Of a stretch of 32,000 nt of DNA, positions 1-9,728 are shown one piece after another. The number at the start of each line of letters is the position of its first letter. Position 1 is the first letter of the stretch. The position numbers and the translations under genes are program-made. Origin of the DNA: Candidatus Saccharimonadota bacterium (GTDB lineage Bacteria; Patescibacteriota; Gracilibacteria; BD1-5; UBA6164); contig OZ245922.1 of NCBI GenBank assembly GCA_965229705.1, forward strand, positions 90,001 through 122,000, written 5' to 3'. The notes beneath the pieces were generated by a model that saw only the letters and a program-made list of their open reading frames with translations, did no database searches and was not told the DNA's origin.

Positions 1-1
1 T

Positions 2-259
2 TTGTATCAGACGATTGGTATAGACCAGTTTAAAGAATCACAAAAACTTGAGAGAATGTATGCTCGGCATCTTATAAATTGGATCAAGAAACATGGAAAA
101 GAACAGTTTGTGTCTCGCGCTGGCCAGATTTTGTCTGATGATTTCAAATCCAAGAACTGTAACAGCATAAAATATTTTTATAACGAGCTGAAAAGTTTTA
201 TTCATACTCCAGGAATTACGAAAAAACCACGAAACAATAACAATGTAACTTTTTGATAA
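2..259 (+). CDS. hypothetical protein (5' end outside window)
   Basis: Open to the left edge. Track ORF 2..256 reads through TGA 254-256 to TAA 257-259, which overlaps the next ATG (TAATG). No recognisable motif. Confidence 0.5.
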
Positions 260-738
260 TGAACACAGAACTAAAAAAACATACTCCGATGATGGTAGTA
301 GAAGTTGCTTTTTGATCAGAAAAAGAGTTTTTGTACTGGGAATGAACAAAAGAGCAGTTTCGCGAAAAACTCCAATCAACCTATATAAATTTTCCTTTGT
401 ATTCCAATAGAGATGTTCTGCGTCAGAAAATAAAAGATTACTGGGTATTGGACTCAAAAGATGAGATATCTCTAGAGATGAGACTCTCGAGTCTGACTAT
501 GACGCAAAAGACACAGGTCAAAGAATACATCTCACGAATGCAAAAGAATATTGGGAGATATCCCACACAGAAAGAAATAGAATCAATGATACAAAAGGCT
601 CTATGAATCACTCAAGAGGAAGAACACCGCAAAGATTTTAGTAGTCTTGAGAGATTTAAAACGAGTCTTGTTATCAAAAGACAGAGGATAGCGAAAATCA
701 TTACTTGAACCTTTCTTTGATTTCGAAGAGTATGATAG
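259..738 (+). CDS. hypothetical protein
   Basis: ATG 259, 159 codons with six in-frame TGA, ends TAG 736-738; contains track ORF 397..606 in the same frame. The stretch IGRYPTQKEIESMIQKALGITQEE only weakly recalls sigma-70 region 3/HTH, which is not enough for a call. Confidence 0.55.
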
Positions 739-793
739 CAATCAGCCCTTTGAGAGGTAACAAATGCATAGTATTTTCTAAAAATAAGTCACT

Positions 794-1225
794 ATGAAAA
801 AAGAAGAATACATAGAGGGAGACATTCTTGATTGGCTGAAAATGCACTGAGTGGAGTGTTATAAGAACGACATCAAAGGTTACTACAACGAAAAGAAGTG
901 ATACTACCAAAAAAATAAAAGTAATTATATCCGAAGATGAATATCAGATATAACTGCAATTATTGAGGGGAGATATATCGCGATAGAAGTAAAAAAACCA
1001 AGTGAGATGAAGTTTTTTGATAAATCTCTCCAGGAACTAAAAAAAAATCTCGAAGAGGCATATACTCGAAATATCTCTGAGAGTACCATTAAAAAATATA
1101 TCCACGCTGTGGAGCAAAGAGGCTTTCTTGATGATATTATAGCAAGCGGTGGAATCTGATTTTTTACTCAGTCTATAAAACAAACTCAAGAAAGACTTGA
1201 GGAAAATTGATATATTATTTCTTAA
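794..1225 (+). CDS. PD-(D/E)xK nuclease, VRR-NUC-like
   Basis: Hand translation under code 25 gives 143 aa. It contains GISDITAIIEGRYIAIEVKK (D ... E-x-K core) followed by HAVEQRGFLDDIIASGGIGFF (the downstream Q and G-rich element typical of VRR-NUC). Every codon was checked from ATG 794 to TAA 1223. Confidence 0.6.
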
Positions 1226-1238
1226 TTTTAAAAAAATT

Positions 1239-1493
1239 ATGCAAAACACGAAAAAAATACTAATAAGTGCATGAATTGTACTTATTTTGATAATCACTAA
1301 CGTGATTACACTGTATGCTATCAGTCCAAGTGAAATAGAAAAGAGTAAAAAAATAAGATTACTCAATCGGGATACGATAGAAAATCTCGAAAAAATGATA
1401 ACTGCATTTCAGGAACAAGTACAAGAACTTGAACAAGAAAATGCTAGTCGGAGGGAATTTGAGTGTAGTATCAATCCCGAATGTGCAAAATAA
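1239..1493 (+). CDS. membrane-anchored coiled-coil protein
   Basis: 84 aa. N-terminal hydrophobic segment ILISAGIVLILIITNVITLYAI, then an E/Q-rich helix; extends track ORF 1287..1493 upstream through one TGA. Confidence 0.5.
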
Positions 1494-1834
1494 AAGCTCC
1501 GAAATCTGAGCGTAAACTAAGACAATCGGATCTGGACATGGATAAACTAGCTTATGCAGTAGCAATGGCAGAGACAAAGGATTGTACTCTTTGATATGGA
1601 AAGACTCATAATAACTGTTTTTGAATCAAACATTGAAATACCGTTCCTTGTCCTGGAGTAGCAAAGTTATCTATGTGTAGATTTGAATCAAAAGAAGCCT
1701 CGTATGAGGCTTTTAAAATTATTTGGGGTACTTGGTACAAAGATTATCCAAACTACACTCTTGCTCATAAATGGACTTGATGAGACAGGGTCTGAAACTG
1801 GATGAATACGGTAAATTATTTTTATAATTTTTAA
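1481..1834 (+). CDS. GH73/glucosaminidase-like domain protein (start uncertain; alternative ATG 1538)
   Basis: 117 aa under code 25. AYAVAMAETKDCTLGYGKTHNNCFGIKHG resembles the A-x-A-x-x-E-S/T ... NN-x-FGIK core of mannosyl-glycoprotein endo-beta-N-acetylglucosaminidase (FlgJ/LytD-type) domains. Overlaps the upstream gene by 13 nt. Confidence 0.45.
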
Positions 1835-1838
1835 GTTT

Positions 1839-2189
1839 ATGAAAACAATAAAAATTGCTTTTGATGTAGACGGAACTCTGATAAGCAATGAGTTTTGAGA
1901 TAATGATATAATACCAAATAAGCGTATTGTAGAAATGTTGAAGACTTTTTACAGCTTCAAAAATGTGAAAATATATGTTTGGAGCGGTAGAGGGGAAAAG
2001 TGGCCTGATAAGGTTGTTGATTCACTAGGATTGAGAAAATATGTGCATCAAACTTTTTCTAAAAATTATAAGGGTATATCAGATATCGGACAACATATAT
2101 TTGAGCCTGATTTCACTCCTGATATTGCTATAGACGATATTCAGGACTGCGAACTGTGAGATATAAATCTCATAGTGAAAGAGAAATAA
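1839..2189 (+). CDS. HAD-superfamily phosphatase-like protein
   Basis: 116 aa. N-terminal IAFDVDGTLI (DxDxT motif I), VWSGR (motif II Ser) and IAIDDIQD (acidic motif IV). Contains track ORF 1935..2159 in frame and reads on through TGA to TAA 2187. Confidence 0.65.
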
Positions 2190-2247
2190 GTTATTGGATC
2201 GTTGGGTTTCTGCCAAGAAAAAAAATTTAGCATTTAATTTTAACAAT

Positions 2248-2406
2248 ATGAAAACAAATGATTTTACATTGAAAATATTGATATCTAAAGTGATTATGGG
2301 CTGTGCCTGTAGTGTTGTATTTCATTCTTATATGCTGAATTTTTCAGCAGCATTATGGGCTTTTGGTTATTTATCATTGTTTATTATATATATAGATATT
2401 ATTTAA
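2248..2406 (+). CDS. small membrane protein
   Basis: Internal ATG of track ORF 2194..2406; 52 aa with two hydrophobic segments. No homology recognised. Confidence 0.35.
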   Translation: MKTNDFTLKILISKVIMGCACSVVFHSYMLNFSAALWAFGYLSLFIIYIDII

Positions 2407-2432
2407 TAATTTACAATTTAATTTTTTATATT

Positions 2433-2894
2433 ATGAAAACAAGAAAGGAACTAAAAAATATATATGATTATATAGGAGATTTTAGTGAATGATTCGCTAA
2501 AGTAGAGAAAGACTGAAAAGAAGGATTTATAAACACTAAGTGAGAACAAGTATTTTGAGGGCTTATATATGATTTTGCTGATGATTTTAGGGAGTGATTC
2601 GCTAAAGTAGAGAAAGACTGAAAAGAAGGATTTATAAACACTAAGTGAGAACAAGTATTTTGAGGGCTTATATATGATTTTGCTGATGATTTTAGGGAGT
2701 GATTCGCTAAAGTAGAGAAAGACTGAAAAGAAGGATTTATAAACACTAAGTGAGAACAAGTATTTTGAGGTCTTGTATATGATGATGTTTATAGTTTTAG
2801 GGAGTGATTCGCTAAAGTGAAAAAATCATGAAAATGGGGATATATAAACACAGAGGGAGTTTTTAAAGAAAACATTAAGGATTTTAATATTTAA
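2433..2894 (+). CDS. WG-repeat (KWG-type beta-repeat) protein, paralogue 1
   Basis: 153 aa under code 25. Four repeats of the type DF-x-EGFAKVEKDGKEGFINTKGEQVFGGLIYD, and the last has the literal GKWGYIN. Most conserved Gly positions are TGA codons. Codon-by-codon check from ATG 2433 to TAA 2892. Confidence 0.8.
2490..2770 (+). repeat. perfect 105-bp (35-codon) intragenic tandem repeat, ~2.7 copies
   Basis: 2490-2594, 2595-2699 and 2700-2770 are identical base for base; the first divergence is at 2771. This explains the spurious minus-strand ORFs 2451..2759 and 2468..2746 in the track. Confidence 0.95.
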
Positions 2895-2904
2895 TATTTA
2901 CATT

Positions 2905-3471
2905 ATGAAAACAAGAAAAGAACTAAAAGAACTATATGACTATATAGGAGATTTTATCGAGTGACTCGCCTTAGTAAAGAAAGACTGAAAAGAAGGTTTT
3001 ATAAATACTAAGTGAAAGTTAATTAGTGAAGGTTTGGTTTATGATTCCGTTGATAATTTTATTGATTGATTAGCTAGAGTAGAGAAATACTGAAAGTGGG
3101 GGTTTATAAACACTAAGTGAGAAGAAGTATTTTGAGGGCTTATATTTGATGGTGTTAATAGTTTTTCTGAATGATTCGCTCTAGTAAGGAAAAATTGAGG
3201 ATATTTATATATAAATACGGAAGGAGTTTTCAAAGAAAATAAAAAGGATTTTGATGAGGATTCTTATAACCTCAAAAAAATTATTTCTCCTTACGATATA
3301 TCATCAGTTATAAAATATATACACGATAATATGGATATAGGAAAAATGCAGTATATGAGTGATTGTCTGTATTTTTATGATGTATACGAAGAGCTTCTTT
3401 TCAAAGTACCAAATAAACCTTTATCTGAATATAGTAAAATAGAGAGAGAACATTTATTTTCTGTTTTATAA
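2905..3471 (+). CDS. WG-repeat protein, paralogue 2, with unique C-terminal extension
   Basis: 188 aa. Same N-terminus (MKTRKELKELYDYIGDF) and three to four WG-type repeats (GKWGFINTKGEEVFGG), then a ~75-aa non-repeat tail. All codons checked to TAA 3469. Confidence 0.8.
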
Positions 3472-3475
3472 AATT

Positions 3476-3652
3476 ATGACAAAAGACATATACAAAACTG
3501 AATACTTTTGAGATATACCAAATATCCCGAAAGAACTCATACAATCATCAAAAAAGACTTCTGGAAACAGGAGTCTTTCTTTTGAGGTACAAGATACACG
3601 AAATGCTTTTCAGCAATGCTATAGAGCTATACTGAATTTTTTTACATCATAA
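3476..3652 (+). CDS. hypothetical protein (58 aa)
   Basis: ATG 3476 lies 5 nt after the upstream stop; one TGA; ends TAA 3650. Supported only by packing and frame. Confidence 0.4.
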
Positions 3653-3665
3653 GTTTTTTACGGCT

Positions 3666-3932
3666 ATGAAAAAAATACCAAAAAGTGTTATAGGCAAAGA
3701 TATTCAGATCAACTATTACTGATGATACTTTGTAAGGATACACAGGGTCAAAGATGTGCAGGAAGATAACATCATTATTGACTGAGCGTGAAACAATCAT
3801 CATATAGCTATGAAAAAAGTTTGCGTGATATTTGAGCCTCGAAGTAAGAAATACTTACTCAATGTATTACATGACACGAAACAAAAACAGGATAATTTTG
3901 ATAATTTAGATATTAAAAATCCTCTATGATAA
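3666..3932 (+). CDS. hypothetical protein (88 aa)
   Basis: ATG 3666; five TGA codons; ends TAA 3930 directly after a TGA. Confidence 0.4.
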
Positions 3933-4138
3933 AAATAAAAACAGATTCTCATACGGTAGATATATGGCACTGAGATATACACTATAAATGAAGAGCTTTT
4001 AGCTACCTTAATCACTCAGTGATTTTGTACGGATCGGATAAAGAGCGTATAGTTATACCTATTTCTCAATGAGAGGAAGTGTATAAAAATAATACCCCTC
4101 TGCATGTACCATATTATTTTAGAAGTAAAAAATTTTAA
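3926..4138 (+). CDS. hypothetical protein (70 aa)
   Basis: ATG 3926 overlaps the end of the upstream gene; three TGA codons; ends TAA 4136. Confidence 0.35.
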
Positions 4139-4156
4139 TATTTAATTTTTCATATT

Positions 4157-4510
4157 ATGATAAAGAAAAAAGAACTAAAAAACTTATATGATTATATAGG
4201 AGATTTTCACGAGTGATTCGCTAGAGTAGGGAAAGAGTGAAAAGAAGGACTTATAAATACTAAGTGAGAATTGATTTGAGATGGGCTAGTTTATGATTGG
4301 GTTAATTATTTTTCTGATTGATTCGCTGTAGTAAAAAAAGACTGAAAAAATGGTTTTATAAACACTAAAGGAGAACAAGTATTTTGAGGACTAGTTTATG
4401 ATTCCGCTTATAGTTTTTATAATTGATTCGCCTTAGTAGAGAAAGACTGAAAACAAGGCTTTATAAATACTGAATGAGTCTTCAAAGAAAAGAAAGAGGA
4501 TTTCCAATAA
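4157..4510 (+). CDS. WG-repeat protein, paralogue 3
   Basis: 117 aa. MIKKKELKNLYDYIGDFHEGFARVGKEGKEGLINTKGE plus two further repeats (GFAVVKKDGKNGFINTKGEQVFGG; GFALVEKDGKQGFINTEG). Its upstream AT-rich leader resembles those of paralogues 1 and 2. Confidence 0.8.
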
Positions 4511-4718
4511 GATTTTCCTTGAAAAAAACTTGATTCATAGCTAAAAAATCATAGAATTATGAGTGCAGATATATAAGCTGTAACGAAGAATATTTTTATA
4601 TTTTTCGTGTTGTTATTTATTCCAATTAGACTTTCACGTCGGAATACTTTTTTGCGATTTTTTCGCAATTTCATCTTGGTAAAAGATGAGAGTATTTTGA
4701 TGTGGAAGTTTTTTTTAT

Positions 4719-4792
4719 TGGGCAGAGAGACACTTGGTAGTGTTAGGCGATTCTTACCCGTCTTGTAGTAAGTTCGATTCTTACCTGCCCTA
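4719..4792 (+). tRNA. irregular tRNA-like gene, possible tRNA-Lys(CUU) or pseudo-tRNA
   Basis: Cloverleaf drawn by eye. Acceptor GGGCAG (4720-4725) pairs with CTGCCC (4785-4790). D arm is GACA-CTTGGTAG-TGTT. Anticodon arm is GGCGA-TTCTTAC-CCGTC (anticodon CTT, T33, A37, one A-C mismatch). Variable loop is TTGTA; T arm is GTAAG-TTCGATT-CTTAC. Irregular features: the seventh acceptor pair would be T-T (equivalently, 3 nt sit between acceptor and D stem), and no CCA is encoded. Confidence 0.45.
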
Positions 4793-4826
4793 ACATTTAG
4801 TTCGCCAAAACTACAACTTTATTTTT

Positions 4827-4901
4827 TGACTAGTAGCTCAGTGGTAGAGTGGAGAGCTGTTAACTCTTAGGTCACAGGTTCGAATCCTGTCTAGTCAGCC
4901 A
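4827..4901 (+). tRNA. tRNA-Asn (anticodon GTT), CCA encoded
   Basis: 75-nt canonical cloverleaf: TGACTAG-TA-GCTC-AGTGGTA-GAGT-G-GAGAG-CTGTTAA-CTCTT-AGGTC-ACAGG-TTCGAAT-CCTGT-CTAGTCA-G-CCA. It has GG in the D loop, TTCGAAT in the T loop and a 7-bp acceptor stem. Confidence 0.9.
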
Positions 4902-4955
4902 TAAAAAAAATAATACGCGAGAAATTCTCACTGTGATACATAGTAAAATGTTTAT

Positions 4956-5285
4956 ATGAAGAATCTGTATTGTCTGAAATGTGATAGTATAGTTCGTTTA
5001 GTCAGACATGATAGACGCTGTGAATGCTGACATTGTTGATGAAGATATACGGATGATATAAACGCGATATTTTTCTGAAAAAAATGTATACCTTTTGGTA
5101 TAGATAACCACTCTTTTGCTATTCGTATTACTCGTGATATTGAGAAAAATTTTACACTTTCTTTTCAGAGATGAGAAGAGATGGATTCTTGAAGTTTTAG
5201 TGCTTTTGTTTTTTGAGAGATATGAGAGTGTCCGAAGACTATAAAGCGACTAACAAAAAAAGAGTACGAGGGATGAGAGGAGTAA
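4956..5285 (+). CDS. zinc-ribbon-like hypothetical protein
   Basis: 109 aa under code 25. N-terminal CLKC ... CECGHC cysteine pairs; ends TAA 5283. Confidence 0.45.
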
Positions 5286-5321
5286 TACCAGTGAAAATAT
5301 TATTTTACGAGAAGAAGTAAT

Positions 5322-5468
5322 ATGAATTTTTTTAAAAAAAAGAATAAAAATAATTGTGTCACAATCATTATCAATCCTGATTGGAAGATATATGGAGTTA
5401 TAGAAAAATTACTTACAGAGAATGCAAAATTGAAAAGTGATCTAGTGAGAGCAAAAATGAGAAAATAA
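5322..5468 (+). CDS. hypothetical protein (48 aa)
   Basis: ATG 5322 to TAA 5466 with no TGA. Small basic/helical peptide, supported only by position. Confidence 0.3.
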   Translation: MNFFKKKNKNNCVTIIINPDWKIYGVIEKLLTENAKLKSDLVRAKMRK

Positions 5469-5534
5469 TATAATGAACTGTTCGGAAATTTCGAATAGTT
5501 CGAAAAGAAGGTATTTATTAAAACTTAAAAAGTT

Positions 5535-6056
5535 ATGACAGTAGTTGCGGTAAAAAAAGAAAAGAAAAAAATCATTATATCAGCAGATAGGCTCATAAAA
5601 ATATGAGATAATATCAGAAAAACAAAGAAACTCAAAAAAGTTGGGAAGATTATTTTCTGAGGTGCTTGATATTTAAGTGAATTACAGATTATGGAGAATT
5701 TTCTCATTGATAACTGATATGATAAAAACACCATTAAAAGTGAGAAAGAGATTTTTAATACAATGTCAAATTTCTATAAATATCTCAAAGAAAAATGAGT
5801 AATGGATTCAAGAGAGGATTATGAAAAAACAGTAATAAATAATTTTATAATTGTTATTGAGAATTTAGGAAAGGTATACAGATATGATGAATGGTGTTTA
5901 TTAGAGGTTGAAGATTATGATGCTATATGAAGTTGAGGTACTGTAGCAAATACAGTCATGAGTATGTGAGGAGATACAAAGCAAGCTGTAGAAAAAGCAA
6001 ATGAGCTGAATTTATATTGTGGTCTTGGGTGTGATACCTTAGAAGTTAAAATATAA
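5535..6056 (+). CDS. HslV/proteasome-beta-like Ntn peptidase
   Basis: 173 aa. MTVVAVKKEKKIIISADRLIKIGDNIRKTKKLKKVGKIIFGGAGY parallels HslV [45 protein letters not shown] (Thr right after Met, conserved Lys, GxAG). YDAIGSGG parallels HslV AIGSGG; both of its first two Gly are TGA codons (5928, 5934). All codons checked to TAA 6054. Confidence 0.7.
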
Positions 6057-6059
6057 GAT

Positions 6060-6470
6060 ATGGTAAACAATAAATGATGAAGACCATCTAAGATAAAAAC
6101 TTTCATAGAAGCTTTTCAGGAAGTCATATCTTACAATGCATTTGATGTAGTAATTCTCACAGATGAAGAGCTTCTTATCGAGTGTAATGAGAGACTTGAG
6201 GATAAACAGAAAATAAGCGATAGGACATTTCAGAGATGGAAAGCAGGACAAGAAGAGAGTGAAGAATATCTTGAGTTTTGTCGTCTTTATAAAAAAGCAC
6301 TTATTGCTCAGAAGAGAAATCTATTTATAAGCCTGCGAGCAGATAGTGATAAATGGCAAAAATACGCTTGGATTATTGAGCGTAAATTTAATGAATGGAA
6401 TCTAAAAAAGATTGTAGATAACAACATAGAAGTAAAAGACTATACATTTGTAACTAATCTCGATGAATAA
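6060..6470 (+). CDS. terS: terminase small subunit
   Basis: 136 aa immediately upstream of TerL. N-terminal NNKGGRPSKIKTF (the two Gly are TGA) and ISDRTFQRWK, an HTH-like segment typical of small terminases; Trp-rich C-terminal half. Confidence 0.6.
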
Positions 6471-6560
6471 AAATATATTATACATTTTTTAATTATTTTT
6501 TATTTTCGCTATTTTAAGCAAAATTGCTTCAAAATATACGGGGGTAGATGTTGACAACAT

Positions 6561-7811
6561 ATGAAAAATCCTAACTTTCAATTTTACGAATTTATCCGTC
6601 CTGCCTTCGCTGATAAGACACAGCATGTAGTAATACGAGCAGGGAGACGAGTTTGAAAGACTTTTTGAGGGTTTCAGTGGTTATTATTTGAGCTTATGAG
6701 GAATCCTTGAAAGAAAGGCATATGGGTAGACACAGTACAATCCAATCTATCAAAGTACATAGACAGGTATATTCGAACTATACTTTGAAAAGATTTTTTC
6801 AAAACGCTACATGTGGATAATCAAAAATATATCATAACTTTTATGAATGGCAGTGTACTGGATATGTGAAGTGCTGAAAGACCAGAGAATCTGGAATGAT
6901 TTGAGTATGATTTTTATGTTATGAATGAGGCAGGAATCATTCTCAAGAAAAAATGATTATGGGATAATACGCTTCAACCAATGCTGAAAAATGCTCGAGG
7001 GAAAATCATAGGAACTCCAAAGGGAAAAACTCATAACTGAGAACTAAGCAAGTACAAGCAAATTTCTGATCTGTGTAAAACAGAAGATAACTTCAAAGAA
7101 TATCATTATACAGCTTATGACTCTCCAGAGTGGACACCAGAAAAACTGGAGCAAATAAAAGCTCAAGTACCAAGTTATATATGGAATCAAGAGTATATGT
7201 CAGATTTTGTGGATATATATGAAAACTCGATCATAGAACAAGATAATATGAGATATTACACCGAAGTATCTCTCGATGATTTTGATGAGTTATATATGCA
7301 CGCTGATACAACGCATACAGGTAAGCAAACAAGTGATTATTTTTGTCTTGTGGTGCTTTGACTCAATAAAAGAGACAAGAACTTCTACATCATTGATTTT
7401 ATACTCAAAAAATGTGATGTAGAGACTCAGGCTCGTGAGAGTATTTCTATGTATTCAAAGTTTATGAGTAAAGTGAAAAGATTTACTTATGACGAAAAGA
7501 GCAATAACTGATTTTGATTTTGGGTAAAGAAACTGGCAAAAGAAGAGTATGAAGTTTCTCTACCTATCGAAGAACTGAAATACCCAAGCGATAAAGTATC
7601 TCACTTTACACCTCATGTACCACACTTCAAAGCAAATAGGATGTATTTTCCAAGAAATCATCCTCAGATACATATAGCTATAGACCAGTTACTGGCTTTT
7701 CCGACAAAGTGAGTAAATGATGATTTTGTAGATGGAGTGAGTGGCGTGATGGATAATTTTACGAGAACAAAAAAACACAAAAAAACCCCTTTAGCAATAA
7801 TTAAGACATAA
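6561..7811 (+). CDS. terL: terminase large subunit
   Basis: 416 aa. Walker A VIRAGRRVGKT, with the invariant Gly encoded by TGA 6654-6656. Walker B-like YDFYVMNEAG and a GTPKG coupling motif. C-terminal nuclease acidic motifs LYMHADTT and VNDDFVDGVSG. Confidence 0.9.
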
Positions 7812-8107
7812 TGAAAAATTCAGAAAAAACCAAAATTGCAATGGAGCTTTCTAAAGAATTTATTGCGGATTGATTTAAAAAAATCAGAAAAAAGAATCCT
7901 GAACTTTATGAGAGTATCAATGGAGTAATGTTTAATAAGAATATTCCTTCTCGATTATTAAAATACTTTCAAAGAATTGATGAAAGGTTATATATAGAAG
8001 ATAAGTTTAATGAGGCAACAAAAAAGACTTGAATGCCTAGATGACAGATAGATTATTTATTCCGCAAAAAATGAATGACTTTTTCTGAAATATTAAGAAT
8101 GAAATAA
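7811..8107 (+). CDS. hypothetical protein with C-terminal HTH-like segment
   Basis: 98 aa; ATG overlaps the TerL stop (TAATG). ATKKTGMPRGQIDYLFRKKGMTFSEIL looks helix-turn-helix-like; function unknown. Confidence 0.45.
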
Positions 8108-8164
8108 TTGTCCCTCAAAAGTATCACAATAATATAAATATTATATATTTCATATTTTTACAAC

Positions 8165-9478
8165 ATGACAGATAAAATAATACATAGAAAGATAGCAGAA
8201 AAGCTATGAAAAATATCTCATTTACAAGACCTTATTACTGGAGAGTATCTCAATAATGAGAACAGTGAAGCTTTTAAGGAGATTGTAAACAAGTTTTTTC
8301 CAGGAGAAACAGAGAGAGCAAAGATACTCAATCCTTGAAGTTATATATGAAGTATTATATATGACTGGGAAAAATCATTTTTCTGAAACCCTCAGAGTGA
8401 ATACAACATTGATTGGAATGAGTTTATTATTTGAATACTTGCGACATGAGAAGCAAGACTCAAAATAAATGTAGATACAGTTCAATTAGAGAGTATCAGT
8501 GCGTCAAATTATTACTTTGATGGTAAAACAGAATATTTTTTACATCTCTTTGATAAACATGATGATATCTTTATTCAGAGATATGTGCTTTTAGAGACTT
8601 TTAGTAACAAAGTATTTAAAAGAAAACTTTTTAAGGTACATTGATTTGATTCTATTTCTTATGGAGAAGAAGTAAGTTTAAATTCACTTGAGGAAACAAA
8701 AGATATGCCGTCTTCTCTGACAATAGACCTAGATCGTCTCGTGATGAGTCAAAAAGTTTCTCTCGAAAAGATGAAGATTGTTGAAACGATAATAAACTCT
8801 ATAGATAGAAAAATTGCTCACAATGACCATACAATAATGGATTACGGCGATGTATGGACAATCATAAAATGAATGAATATTGACCACGCAAGAGTGAATC
8901 CTGATGATGAAAACTCTGCAATAGATATGGATAAACTCTGAAAAATACTTATTACAGACTGAGAAAATAGTGAGTGAGTACAGCCAGGTATAGAAATAGT
9001 AAAAAATACATATGAGTCTATTACAGCAAGTTTAAATATCATTGAAAACCAGCTGATGCAGATATCCAGTATCACGGGTATACCAAGTTATGCTTTTACA
9101 AACAATGTAAAATCTTGAAATGATAATGGAACAGCAAAAGAAAAAGCGACTACAATTTTCTACAAAAAAATAGAATGATATCATAGTACTGTTCGTCAGA
9201 TTTTCACAGATTTTTGGGATTTGATACAATTAGATGATGAGAGAAGAGTTTTAGAGTTTCAAGAAATAATTACTACCAGTTCAAAGGAATTATTGGATAT
9301 CGAGGCAAAAAAGATTGCCAACGAAAAAATGAAAGTAGATAGTGGATTTTCTACTCAAAAAATGGGTATTATGAATATTCATAATATATCAGAAGAAGAA
9401 GCAGATAACATCTTACAAGAAATAAATGATAACACTCCACAAAATACAACCGCAGGTCAAACAGAAAATCAAGAATAA
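8165..9478 (+). CDS. portal protein
   Basis: 437 aa reconstructed under code 25, ending with track ORF 9221..9478 in frame. Position directly after the terminase genes, size and an acidic C-terminus support the call; no family-level motif is claimed. Confidence 0.7.
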
Positions 9479-9614
9479 TTATTTCAAGTATAAAAGTTTA
9501 TATGATTTGTTTATTCAAGTAAATATTGCTTTGTACTTCTTTCTGTGAATGGCTCTTATATACAAATATATCATTGTTTTATAGGCATCCTTATTTTTGT
9601 TGAATTTTTCCATT

Positions 9615-9625
9615 TGTCCCCGTAA
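9615..9625 (+). promoter_or_regulatory. conserved late intergenic motif TGTCCCCGTAA, copy 1
   Basis: Exact 11-mer in the 250-nt portal-scaffold gap, 114 nt before ATG 9729. Here it continues as CCCCGTAAGGGG (a 4-bp hairpin with a GTAA loop). Confidence 0.55.
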
Positions 9626-9728
9626 GGGGGAATCAATAAAGTGTATAGTGCGTATGTTTTATAAAAAAAAACAGTCTTGCTTCCCTTATAAAGCAAGGAA
9701 AATATTTTATATTGTATAAAAATAAATT

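Noticed and set aside
2451-3233. Minus-strand ORFs 2451..2759, 2468..2746 and 3039..3233
   Set aside because: They are shadows of the plus-strand WG-repeat genes; the repeat period is a multiple of 3, which keeps the antisense frames open. The plus-strand products have a recognisable repeat family signature.
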